A DNA stretch of 57,509 bases, from NCBI GenBank assembly GCA_035710425.1, contig DASTDJ010000196.1, positions 1-57,509 of the forward strand. Reading direction: 5' to 3'. The translations under genes were made by a program, and so were the position numbers. Under the pieces are notes generated by a model that saw nothing but the letters and a program-made list of their open reading frames with translations, made no database searches and was not told the origin of the DNA. This document shows, piece by piece, positions 36,156 through 44,839 of this stretch. Positions within the stretch are counted from its first letter, which is position 1, and the number at the start of each line of letters is the position of its first letter. Source of the stretch: Nocardioides sp. (lineage in GTDB: Bacteria; Actinomycetota; Actinomycetes; Propionibacteriales; Nocardioidaceae).

Positions 36156-38587
36156 GCGCAGGCGAGGTCGAGCGTCAGCTGGACCGGGTCGCCCGTGGTG
36201 GCGCGCTCGGCATGATCGGCGCGGTCGTGTCCGGTGGCGCCGGGTTCGGCATGGTCGTCGCGGTCGCACGCGGCTACGACACCGCGGACGCCGGTCTCTT
36301 CTTCAGCGCGACCGCTGTGTTCCTGGTGCTGGTGGCGGTCGCCACGCTCGGCACGGAAGCGGGCTTCGCCCGGTTCCTCATGCGCTACGAGGCCCAGGGT
36401 CGTTCGCACTCGGTACGGCGTGCCGTTGAAGCGGGGTGCCTCCCCGCGCTCGGTGCGTCGCTGCTGCTGGCCGGGCTGGGTGGCGCCTTCGCCGGCCCGG
36501 TCGCGGACGCCCTGGGTCTCGGCTCCACCGGGGCCGACCTGCTCGTGGTCCTGTTCCTGGCGCTGCCGTTCGCGGTGGCCACCGACCTCGCCCTGTCGGT
36601 GCTCCGGGCCTTCTCCCGATTCCGCAGCACGGTCGTGGTCGACCGGATCCTGCGCGCCGGCCTGCAGCTGGTCGCCGCGATGGCCGTCGTGGCGGTCGAC
36701 GGATCGCTCGTCCTGCTGACCCTCTGTTGGGCCGCGACGTACATCCTCGCCGCGGTGCTGTCGGTGCCCCTGGCCTTCGGCTTCCTGGTCCGCCGCCACT
36801 CCGTGCGGACGGCCGAGCCGTCCGCGTCGGCGGCCCACGACGGCCCGGTGGCCGGCGAGTTCTGGTCCTTCACGGCGTACCGCGGCGTGGCCAGGGTGGC
36901 CCAGATCGCCATCCAGAAGGCCGACATCGTGATCGTCGCTGCCGTCATCTCCCCCTCGGCAGCGGCGCTGTACACCGTGGCGACCCGGTTCGTCACCGTG
37001 GGCCAGGTGGTCACCCAGGCGCTCCAGCAGGTGATGCAGCCGAGGTTCACCGCGATCCTGCTCCGCAAGGACCGGGCGCTGCTCCACGACGTGCACCGCA
37101 CGGTCACCGCCTGGAACATCCTCACGGTCTGGCCGGTCTACGCCACGGTCGCCGCAGCGCCTGCGGCGTACCTGGCGATCTTCGGATCGGGCTACGTCGA
37201 GAAGGACACGTGGCAGATCGTGATCGTGATGGGCATCGCGATGCTGTTCGCGGTGGCCACCGGTCCGATCGACACGCTGCTGCTGATGTCCGGCCGGAGC
37301 CGGATCAGCCTGGCCAACGCGGTGAGCGCACTGGCCGTCGACATCGCTCTGTGCCTGGCGCTGCTGCCCGTGATGGGCGTCGTCGGTGCCGCGATCGCCT
37401 GGGCCTGCGCCGTGGCGCTCCGCTGCACGCTGGCGGTGCTGCAGGTGCGCAGCGACCTGGGTGTCCCGTTCGGTGGGAAGGAACCCGCGATCGCGGCCGC
37501 GATCTCGATCGGATGCTTCGCCATCCCGTCCCTGGCCTGGACGGCGCTCGGTGCCGACGGGCTCGGGCTCTGGGCGGCACTCTTCCTGCTCGGCCTGGCG
37601 GGGTACGCCGTCCTGCTCTGGCGGCTGCGCGAGGTGCTGCGCGTCGACGTGCTGGTCTCCGCCGTGTTCCGCTCGAGCGGCGGCATGAGCGGCGGCCGAC
37701 GCGTGAGCAGCACGCTGCGCAAGCGCCTCCCGAGCCCCGTGGTGAGCGCGGTACGCTCGATCGCCACCGGGTGGGGAATGCTCACCGCCCGGTTCCGGAT
37801 GGAGCCCGCGTTCCTGGTGGCCGGCGCACAGCGCAGCGGCACCACCACGCTGTTCCGTCTGCTCGCCGACCACCCGAACCTGGTTCGCCCGACCCTGGAC
37901 AAGGGCACGGGCTACTTCGACGACAACCACTACCGGGGCCGGCGCTGGTACCGCGCCCACTTCCCGCTGCGGGCCCTGGCTCGATGGCGGACGCGCGGGC
38001 CGGTGCAGACCTTCGAGTGCAGCGGCTACTACATGTTCCACCCGCTCGCGCCCGGACGGATCGCGGCGGAGCTGCCGAACGCCCGGGTCGTGGTGATGCT
38101 GCGCAACCCCGTGGACCGCGCGGTCTCGGCGTACGGCCACGAACGGCGTCGCGGGTTCGAATCGGCAGGCTTCGTCGACGCCCTGGCCCGCGAGCCGGAG
38201 CGGCTGGCCGACGAGGTGGATCGGCTCACCCGCGACGAGCACTACCGCAGCTTCGCCCACCGGCACCACGCCTACCTGCGGCGCGGTGAGTACGCCGGCC
38301 AGGTGGCGGCCCTGATCGAGGCCGTCGGCCGCGACCGCGTCTACGTGATGGACGCCGACGCGTTCTTCGCCGACCCGGAGGCGGAGTTCGTGGCCCTGCA
38401 GCGCTGGCTCGGGCTGCCGATGTGGGCGCCCGACCACGTCGACAAGTGGAACGCGGGCTCGCCGGAGCCGATGCCGGCCCAGTGGCGCGCCCGCCTCGAC
38501 GAGTACTTCGCTCCCCATGACCGTCAGCTCGAGGCGCTGTTGGGGCGTCCGCCGCACTGGCGCAGAACCCGTACGGAGGCAACATGA
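36152..38587 (+). CDS. Wzx-like flippase fused to PAPS-dependent sulfotransferase
   Basis: About 510 aa multi-TM flippase, then AGAQRSGTTTL (5'-PSB) and LRNPVDRAVSAY (3'-PB) in one frame. Confidence 0.8.
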   Translation: MSAGEVERQLDRVARGGALGMIGAVVSGGAGFGMVVAVARGYDTADAGLFFSATAVFLVLVAVATLGTEAGFARFLMRYEAQGRSHSVRRAVEAGCLPALGASLLLAGLGGAFAGPVADALGLGSTGADLLVVLFLALPFAVATDLALSVLRAFSRFRSTVVVDRILRAGLQLVAAMAVVAVDGSLVLLTLCWAATYILAAVLSVPLAFGFLVRRHSVRTAEPSASAAHDGPVAGEFWSFTAYRGVARVAQIAIQKADIVIVAAVISPSAAALYTVATRFVTVGQVVTQALQQVMQPRFTAILLRKDRALLHDVHRTVTAWNILTVWPVYATVAAAPAAYLAIFGSGYVEKDTWQIVIVMGIAMLFAVATGPIDTLLLMSGRSRISLANAVSALAVDIALCLALLPVMGVVGAAIAWACAVALRCTLAVLQVRSDLGVPFGGKEPAIAAAISIGCFAIPSLAWTALGADGLGLWAALFLLGLAGYAVLLWRLREVLRVDVLVSAVFRSSGGMSGGRRVSSTLRKRLPSPVVSAVRSIATGWGMLTARFRMEPAFLVAGAQRSGTTTLFRLLADHPNLVRPTLDKGTGYFDDNHYRGRRWYRAHFPLRALARWRTRGPVQTFECSGYYMFHPLAPGRIAAELPNARVVVMLRNPVDRAVSAYGHERRRGFESAGFVDALAREPERLADEVDRLTRDEHYRSFAHRHHAYLRRGEYAGQVAALIEAVGRDRVYVMDADAFFADPEAEFVALQRWLGLPMWAPDHVDKWNAGSPEPMPAQWRARLDEYFAPHDRQLEALLGRPPHWRRTRTEAT

Positions 38588-39861
38588 ACGTCCGCTCCAA
38601 GATCGCCCGCGCCGGGAACAACGTCCGGCAGACCGCGACCCGTTCCTGGCGCGCGCTGCCCATCCCGGCGGCGACGCGGCACCGACTGGCGGCGCCGCTC
38701 GTCTGGCGCCGGGGCCTGGACCAGGTGCCCATCGAGCGCATCCTCCTGGGCGGGCAGAACGGACACACCGCGGAGGAGTACGCCGCCTGGTCCGGTGACC
38801 TCACCTGGGGATCGCGGCGGGTCGTGGACGGCCCGCACGCCGAGCTGCTCCGCCGGTCGGCGGACGGCGACCTGACGGACGAGGAGATCCTGGACTCGGA
38901 CTACGGCGCGATGGCGCGGGCCTGCATCGCGGGGAGCGGGCACTACTTCGGGGCCGTGGACGACGCCGGCATCGTACGCGTCGCCCGGGACTTCCTGGAT
39001 CACGACGACGACGGCGCGGCCGCGGTCCGGAAGCCGGCGCAGAGCGCGCCGGAGACTCCGGTGCTGCTCGCCCCGGTTCGGGGGTCGGGGTGCTTCCAGG
39101 TCGTCGACGGACACCACCGCGTGGCGGCGCGCGGCGTGACCGGCGACGACCTGGTCCCCGCCCGGATCCGCCGGACCTCGGTGACCACCCCGCTGCAGGA
39201 CCTGCTGGACCGGATGTCGTGGATCGGCGGTCAGCGCGAGCTCTACCAGCCCGTCAGCGCGCCCGAGCTCGAGGACTCCTGGACCACCGTGCGCCGCTGC
39301 CGGGACCGGCTCGACTCCATGGACAAGCTGCTCGCCGACATCGGCGTCGTACGCTCCGGGTCGACGTACCTCGACGTCGCGAGCTGCTACGGGTGGTTCG
39401 TCGCCGAGATGACCCGGCTCGGCTTCGACGCCACCGGCCTCGAGCGCGACCCGCTGGCCCGCGAGCTCGGGCCGGCCATCTACGACACGCTCGATCCGCA
39501 GCAGATCCTGACGGGTGACGCGGTGGAGTTCCTCAGCGGAGACGCCGGCCCCTGGGACGTGGTCTCCTGCTTCAGCCTGCTGCACCACTTCGTGCTCGGC
39601 CGCGGTTCGGTCGACGAGGTCGAGCTGTTCCGGCTGCTCGACCGGGCGACCGGCCGGGTGCTCTTCATCGACACCGGCCAGGGTCACGAGGCGTGGTTCC
39701 GCAAGTCACTGGCGGGCTGGGACGCCGACTACGTGCGCGAGTTCCTCGAGCGGCACGGCACGTTCGACGAGGTGATCGACCTCGGCCCCGACCAGGACGA
39801 CGTGCCGCCGTACGAGGAGAACTACGGGCGGCACCTGTTCGCCTGCGTGCGCCACGGGTGA
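38584..39861 (+). CDS. ParB/Srx-like domain + class I SAM methyltransferase (WbdD-like)
   Basis: FQVVDGHHR; YLDVASCYGWF; DVVSCFSLLHH. Confidence 0.72.
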   Translation: MNVRSKIARAGNNVRQTATRSWRALPIPAATRHRLAAPLVWRRGLDQVPIERILLGGQNGHTAEEYAAWSGDLTWGSRRVVDGPHAELLRRSADGDLTDEEILDSDYGAMARACIAGSGHYFGAVDDAGIVRVARDFLDHDDDGAAAVRKPAQSAPETPVLLAPVRGSGCFQVVDGHHRVAARGVTGDDLVPARIRRTSVTTPLQDLLDRMSWIGGQRELYQPVSAPELEDSWTTVRRCRDRLDSMDKLLADIGVVRSGSTYLDVASCYGWFVAEMTRLGFDATGLERDPLARELGPAIYDTLDPQQILTGDAVEFLSGDAGPWDVVSCFSLLHHFVLGRGSVDEVELFRLLDRATGRVLFIDTGQGHEAWFRKSLAGWDADYVREFLERHGTFDEVIDLGPDQDDVPPYEENYGRHLFACVRHG

Positions 39862-39921
39862 GTTCTCGCCGTTCGGACCTCGGCGGTTGATGCTGCGCAC
39901 GCGGCGCTCAGCAGCCTTCGG

Positions 39922-41106
39922 CTACCGCCCCAGCCAGGCGGTGAGCGTCTCCAGCACCTGGTCGCCCCGTGGAGCGATGTCGTTGCCGCGCGGGCCCTCG
40001 GCCAGCGGCAGGTAGCGGCCGGCGACCGCGAGCAGGTAGAGCGCGCCGAGCGCGTGGGAGGGCGAACCAGGCGTCTCCGGGGTCGCGCCGGCCGCGGCCA
40101 ACCCGGCCCGGATGGTCTCGTCCGAGGTGCCGCGGCGCCGGGTGAGCGCGTTGACGAGGTAGTGGCAGCGGTCCAGGCCGATCGGGACGTCGGTCTCGAA
40201 CCGCTCCCAGTCCCACAGCAGGACCCGCTGGCCCGAGCGTGCCATGTTCCACGGCGTCCAGTCCCCGTGCCACGAGCCGGTCCGCCACTCGAGGTCGCCG
40301 GCGGTCGCGCACAGCCGGTCGATGCAGCCCAGCATCATCCCGCGCCGCCGGCGATCGTTCAGGGACTCGGCGGTCGCGTGCTGGCGCGCCATCCACCGCA
40401 GGCCGGCCACCTGGTGGAACCCGCCACCGAACGCGTCGGCGAGCTCGGTCATCGCAGCGGTGGGTGCCCGGGCGTGCCCGCGCGGCGACTGGACGACGGT
40501 GTCCAGCGGGGAGAGGAGCAGCAGGTCCATGCCCTCCCAGGTGCCGTGGTGGAGCACCTTCGGGGGCTGCAGCCGGCGCCAGCCGCGGCGGTTCAACAGG
40601 GACAGCGCCACCGCCTCCGCTCCCACGTCGGCGCGGGCCTGGTCGGAGTCGCCCAGCTTGGCGAACGCCACCGTTCGACCGTCGGCACCGAACACCTGTA
40701 GCACCGGCTTGCGGTTCACGCGCTCGGTCCCGATGCCGACGCTGAACACCACGCGAGTGCCGAGCAGCTCGTCGAGGTGCGCGGCCAGCGATCCCCCGCG
40801 GGAGCCGCGCACGACGACCCGGTCGGGGAACGCGGACACACCCCGGCCCTGGGCCAGGGCGGCGACCGCCAGCCGTTGGACCGTGTCGGAGTACGTCGCG
40901 TCGGCGCTGAACCGGCGTACGGCGCCCGCCGCGGCGCGGGCGGGTGCGGCCGGCACCAGCAGCTTGGGGGCCCGTCGGTGCGGCAGCACGACGTACTCGG
41001 CCGAGGCGGCGGGGTCGCGTCGGCGACTCCGTACCACCTTGACCTCGGCGCCCGGGTGGAGAGCGCGCATGGTCGTGACCAGTGCTCGGGTCGGGTCCTC
41101 AACCAT
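39922..41106 (-). CDS. APH/choline-kinase-fold phosphotransferase
   Basis: AFAK, HGDWTPWN, LWDWE. Confidence 0.78.
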   Translation of the reverse strand: MVEDPTRALVTTMRALHPGAEVKVVRSRRRDPAASAEYVVLPHRRAPKLLVPAAPARAAAGAVRRFSADATYSDTVQRLAVAALAQGRGVSAFPDRVVVRGSRGGSLAAHLDELLGTRVVFSVGIGTERVNRKPVLQVFGADGRTVAFAKLGDSDQARADVGAEAVALSLLNRRGWRRLQPPKVLHHGTWEGMDLLLLSPLDTVVQSPRGHARAPTAAMTELADAFGGGFHQVAGLRWMARQHATAESLNDRRRRGMMLGCIDRLCATAGDLEWRTGSWHGDWTPWNMARSGQRVLLWDWERFETDVPIGLDRCHYLVNALTRRRGTSDETIRAGLAAAGATPETPGSPSHALGALYLLAVAGRYLPLAEGPRGNDIAPRGDQVLETLTAWLGR

Positions 41107-41127
41107 GCGCGCCGCCTCTCCCTCCGG

Positions 41128-42519
41128 CTAGCCGCCCTGCGGCAGCAGCGGTCCGTTCGCCTGCGCGTCACGCCAGGCGTCCAGCTTGGCGTCGGTGCCC
41201 AGGTCCCACGGAGCAGCGCTGTTCAGAGTCGTGTTGAAATAGGCGAACGCCACTCCGCCGCGATTCTCCATCTCCTTGTGCGTGCGCCGGATCCAGTCTG
41301 GGTCAACCTCGGCCGCCTTGTCAGTGAATCCGGTTTCTGCGAGTCCCCAGACCAGGCCCTGCTGCTTCGCCCAGGGCTCGATCTTGGAGAAGTACGACCC
41401 GTCGAGGTCGGTTGCCTGGTTGCTTCCGTCCTGGCCCAGCCGGTTGTAGATGTCGAAGCCGGCGACGTCGACCTTCACGCCTTCCGGCCAGATGTTCGCG
41501 AGGCTGTACTGGTCCTCACCGTAGAACTGGTGCCAGCCGGTGACGATCACGGTGAAGGCCACGTTGTCCGCGTTGCGCATGATCGGACCCAGCCGCTCCT
41601 GCATCCGGGTCCAGTCACCCATCGGACCGTCGGTCTCGGGCTCGTGGTGGAACGCGACCCACACCGGGCCGTCGAGCGCGTCCAGCTGCTGGGCCAGGTC
41701 GCGGGCCCATGCGTCTCCCTCGCCGGAGGCCATCTCGGCCCATGAGTGCGGCAGCTTGAAGCTGATCCAGGGCAGCCGGCCCTCCGCCAGGTCGGTTCTT
41801 GCGGTGCGGACGGCGGAGTCGACCTTGTCGCTGGTCCAGAAGGTGCGCCGCACCCCGAGCCGACGGCCCATGTCGTCCTCGAACTCGGAGGGGTCGGAGT
41901 TGGACCCGTAGGTCTGGCCCAGGTAGGCGCCGCACCCAGGGATGCCGCGGGCCGAGTAGGCGCAGCCGTTGCTGAGCTTGCCGTCCACGGGGTCGGGCTC
42001 GGGCTCCTCCGTGGGAGGCACCGTGGGCTCGGGGTCTTCGCTGGGAGGCTCGGAGGGTTCAGGGTCCTCGGAGGGAGGCTCGGAGGGCTCAGGTCCTTCG
42101 GTCGGCGGCAGCGTGGGTTGTGTCGGGTCCCCGCCGCCGTTGTCCCGCGTGCTCCAACGCACCCGGTCGAGCCTCAGGCCCTCGCCGGGGGCGAGGCCGT
42201 CCGTCTGCAGCCGGACCTCGAACTCGGGATCGCTGTGCTCCGAGGCCACCAGCATGCTGACCGTGTTCCACCTCGATTCCAGGGTCGCGTTCTCGCGCTT
42301 CTCCTGGACCACGTTGTCGTCGTGGAGTTCACGCACCACGACGGTCACCTCGATCCCGGGAGAGGTGGTCAGGATGCGCGCTCGCATCTCGTGTTCGGTC
42401 GTCGCCGCAGCCTCGGGGGCTGAGCGGTTCTGCGTAGCGATGGAGGCGGCGGTGGTCACGGTCAGACCAACAGCGGCCACGGCCACTGCGGTCACGAGTC
42501 CTCGGACGGGTTTTTTCAC
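41128..42519 (-). CDS. Secreted GH26-like glycoside hydrolase
   Basis: Signal peptide, PEPSEPP repeat linker, FHHEPE, GFDIY, LAETG. Confidence 0.68.
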   Translation of the reverse strand: MKKPVRGLVTAVAVAAVGLTVTTAASIATQNRSAPEAAATTEHEMRARILTTSPGIEVTVVVRELHDDNVVQEKRENATLESRWNTVSMLVASEHSDPEFEVRLQTDGLAPGEGLRLDRVRWSTRDNGGGDPTQPTLPPTEGPEPSEPPSEDPEPSEPPSEDPEPTVPPTEEPEPDPVDGKLSNGCAYSARGIPGCGAYLGQTYGSNSDPSEFEDDMGRRLGVRRTFWTSDKVDSAVRTARTDLAEGRLPWISFKLPHSWAEMASGEGDAWARDLAQQLDALDGPVWVAFHHEPETDGPMGDWTRMQERLGPIMRNADNVAFTVIVTGWHQFYGEDQYSLANIWPEGVKVDVAGFDIYNRLGQDGSNQATDLDGSYFSKIEPWAKQQGLVWGLAETGFTDKAAEVDPDWIRRTHKEMENRGGVAFAYFNTTLNSAAPWDLGTDAKLDAWRDAQANGPLLPQGG

Positions 42520-42637
42520 AGACGGTCACCTTGCGGGGTCGGGGCACCGCGCCTAGCCCCATCAAGGCGGTGTGCCGTTGCTCCCCCAACCGCGGCGCTG
42601 ACACTAGTGCAACCGAGGAGTGCGAAGTCCGATATCT

Positions 42638-42653
42638 TCCCCAACTTGGGGGA
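42638..42653. promoter_or_regulatory. 16-bp palindromic box TCCCCAACTTGGGGGA
   Basis: Upstream of the GH26-like/kinase unit. Confidence 0.55.
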
Positions 42654-42690
42654 TGTGCCCGGTATTCGATCGTCGAGACGTCGGGTCCGG

Positions 42691-44724
42691 TCATGCCTTC
42701 CGCCCCCGGAGCCGGGGCCGGCCGGTGCCGTCCCGGCTGAGGTTGACCAGCACGAGCCCGACCAGCAGGCCGACCCCGAATCCGCCGGCGGTGCCGACGA
42801 CGAGGGCGGGTGGCTTGGGCACCGCGGCCTCGCGCCGTACGACGCCGCCGATCTCGGGACGCGAGAAGCGGAGCCGGGTGATCGAGTCGGACAGGTCCCG
42901 CCGAGCCAGACGTGCCGAGGCGTCGAACCCGGGCAGCGAGCGCAGCTCGTTGCCCAGCCGGACGAGCAGGTGGTCGCGGCGCTGGTCCAGGTACTGGCGG
43001 CGGACCTGCAGGTAGGACCTGGCCAAGGAGTTCGCCACCTTGTCGGCGTCCTCGGCGGACGAGGTCACGATCTCGATCTCGAGGACGTGGGTGTTGGTCA
43101 CCGCGCTCACCCCGATCATGGAGCGGATGTCTCCCTGGTCGATGCCGGTGTCGGTCGCGACCTTCGAGAGGGCGCTCCGCGAGAGCAGCAGCGCCACCTC
43201 CGTGTCCAAGGTGATGTCGTCGGTGCGACGGCGGATCGTGTTGGCCTCTTGCTCGCCGGTATCGAGGTAGACGGGGGCGGGGGTCACCGCCACGGAGACC
43301 TCGGCGGCGTAAGCCGATCCCGCCGTTCCGGCGACGAGCAGCGTCCCCGCGACCGCGCCGGCCACTGACAGAGCCGCGACGGTAGGTGCCCCGCGTCGCA
43401 GATCTCGGGTCAGGGCCGACACGGTCGCTGTCCGGGTGGTTCCGATGCGCTCCCTGGCCACCAGCCCGATTGCGATCATCACGATCATGAGGGGGAGGCC
43501 GAGGGTGTCGTAGATCGGCAGCTGGATCAGGAAGATGCCCACGACGAACGTGCAGACCGCCTCGCTGGTCGTGCGGCACCGCACACTTCGGATCAACGCC
43601 AGCACCACGAAGATGAGGAAGAAGGCCAGGCCCAGCCAGCCCTGCGAGAACAGCACCAGCCACAGGTGGCCCTGCGTCCCGAGGGGCGGTACGCCGCAGG
43701 CGGGGCAGTCGGGCGTGGCGCCCCCGGCGATGGACTCGAAGCTTCCCTGCACGTCACGGGTGCTGCCGAAGCCGACGAGCGGCGAGCCCTGGCTCACCGA
43801 CGACACGGTCTCGGTGAGCAACGCGCCGCGCCGGTCGTTGCTGTGCTGGTGCTCGACGCGCTCCCGGGCCAGGTCGCCCAGCGGGCTCACCCAGATCACC
43901 ATGGCCGCGACCGCGGCGAGCACCAGCGCGGTGGCGGCCTGGGACGGACTGCGCCGGAGCACCAGGAGCGTCAGCGCTCCGGCCGCGGCCAGCGCGATCG
44001 CCATCCAGAGACCGCGGTTGAGCGAGAAGGCGATCGGCACGGCGGCCACGCCGACGACCGCGAGCGCCACGAGCCGCAGCTTGGCCGAGCGCCAGACGGC
44101 GGCCACCAGGAACACCAGCGTGAGGGCGATGCAGCTGCCCCAGGTGTTGGTGTAGGGGAACGGCGCCTTGGGCCGGGCGCTCGGGTTGCCGAGCACCTCC
44201 TGCACGTCGGCTGTCTCCGGATGCACGATGGAGGCGACGAAGCCGTTGCTCCGGATCGATCCCGGGAGCACGTACTCGATCGCCGAGCGGAACTCGAGCT
44301 CGGGGGCGAGCACGCCGAGCAGCCCGCCGGCAGTGGCGATCACGAAGAGGCCGGCCACCAGGAGGAACACCGTGCTGTCCGGTACGGCGATCCGGTCGAG
44401 GTTGGCCACCCACAGCAGGACGATGGTGCACGCGACGTACCAGGCGAGCCGGAAGCCGAAGACCATCAGCCGGCCGCCGCCCCCGCCGGGCACGGCACTG
44501 GGGGCGTCCACCCAGAGCAGCACGACACCGAGCAGGACCCAGGCAAGGAACAGCAGCCACCAGCCGAAGCCGCCGGGGAGGTGGATCGTCCGGCGGCGCA
44601 GCAGCTGAGCGGCCATCGGCACAGCCAGCGCGAGCGGCGCCAGCTCCGACAGACCGAGGACCCACCAGAGCGGGAAACCGAGCACCAGTGCCGCCAACGG
44701 CCAGGCGTTTCGGGGCACCCGCAC
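42691..44724 (-). CDS. O-antigen polymerase/ligase-like (Wzy) fused to Wzz-like domain
   Basis: About 12 TM with RPKAPFPYTN, SLNRG, SPLVGFG, then TM-loop-TM. Start placed at GTG 44724 (uncertain). Confidence 0.72.
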   Translation of the reverse strand: MRVPRNAWPLAALVLGFPLWWVLGLSELAPLALAVPMAAQLLRRRTIHLPGGFGWWLLFLAWVLLGVVLLWVDAPSAVPGGGGGRLMVFGFRLAWYVACTIVLLWVANLDRIAVPDSTVFLLVAGLFVIATAGGLLGVLAPELEFRSAIEYVLPGSIRSNGFVASIVHPETADVQEVLGNPSARPKAPFPYTNTWGSCIALTLVFLVAAVWRSAKLRLVALAVVGVAAVPIAFSLNRGLWMAIALAAAGALTLLVLRRSPSQAATALVLAAVAAMVIWVSPLGDLARERVEHQHSNDRRGALLTETVSSVSQGSPLVGFGSTRDVQGSFESIAGGATPDCPACGVPPLGTQGHLWLVLFSQGWLGLAFFLIFVVLALIRSVRCRTTSEAVCTFVVGIFLIQLPIYDTLGLPLMIVMIAIGLVARERIGTTRTATVSALTRDLRRGAPTVAALSVAGAVAGTLLVAGTAGSAYAAEVSVAVTPAPVYLDTGEQEANTIRRRTDDITLDTEVALLLSRSALSKVATDTGIDQGDIRSMIGVSAVTNTHVLEIEIVTSSAEDADKVANSLARSYLQVRRQYLDQRRDHLLVRLGNELRSLPGFDASARLARRDLSDSITRLRFSRPEIGGVVRREAAVPKPPALVVGTAGGFGVGLLVGLVLVNLSRDGTGRPRLRGRKA

Positions 44725-44752
44725 AGTCCACAACCCCAAACGGACTATGCCC

Positions 44753-44768
44753 TCACCGATATGGGGGA
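44753..44768. promoter_or_regulatory. 16-bp palindromic box TCACCGATATGGGGGA
   Basis: In the divergent wzy / PKD gene region; weaker copy at 44732-44747. Confidence 0.5.
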
Positions 44769-44839
44769 TGTTCGCACCGGGCCGCCGCCCTACCGTCGCT
44801 CCAATCTCAAAGGTCCGTCGAGCCCAGGCAGGTGCCCTC

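Noticed and set aside
38584-39200. Chromosome/plasmid partition ParB or a DNA-modification ParB-methylase
   Set aside because: No HTH, no parA or parS, and the MTase lacks DNA-methylase motifs (DPPY/NPPY, PC). It is coupled to the polysaccharide operon.
39922-41106. Aminoglycoside resistance kinase
   Set aside because: The fold motif is generic, and the context and extra N-terminal region point to glycan modification.
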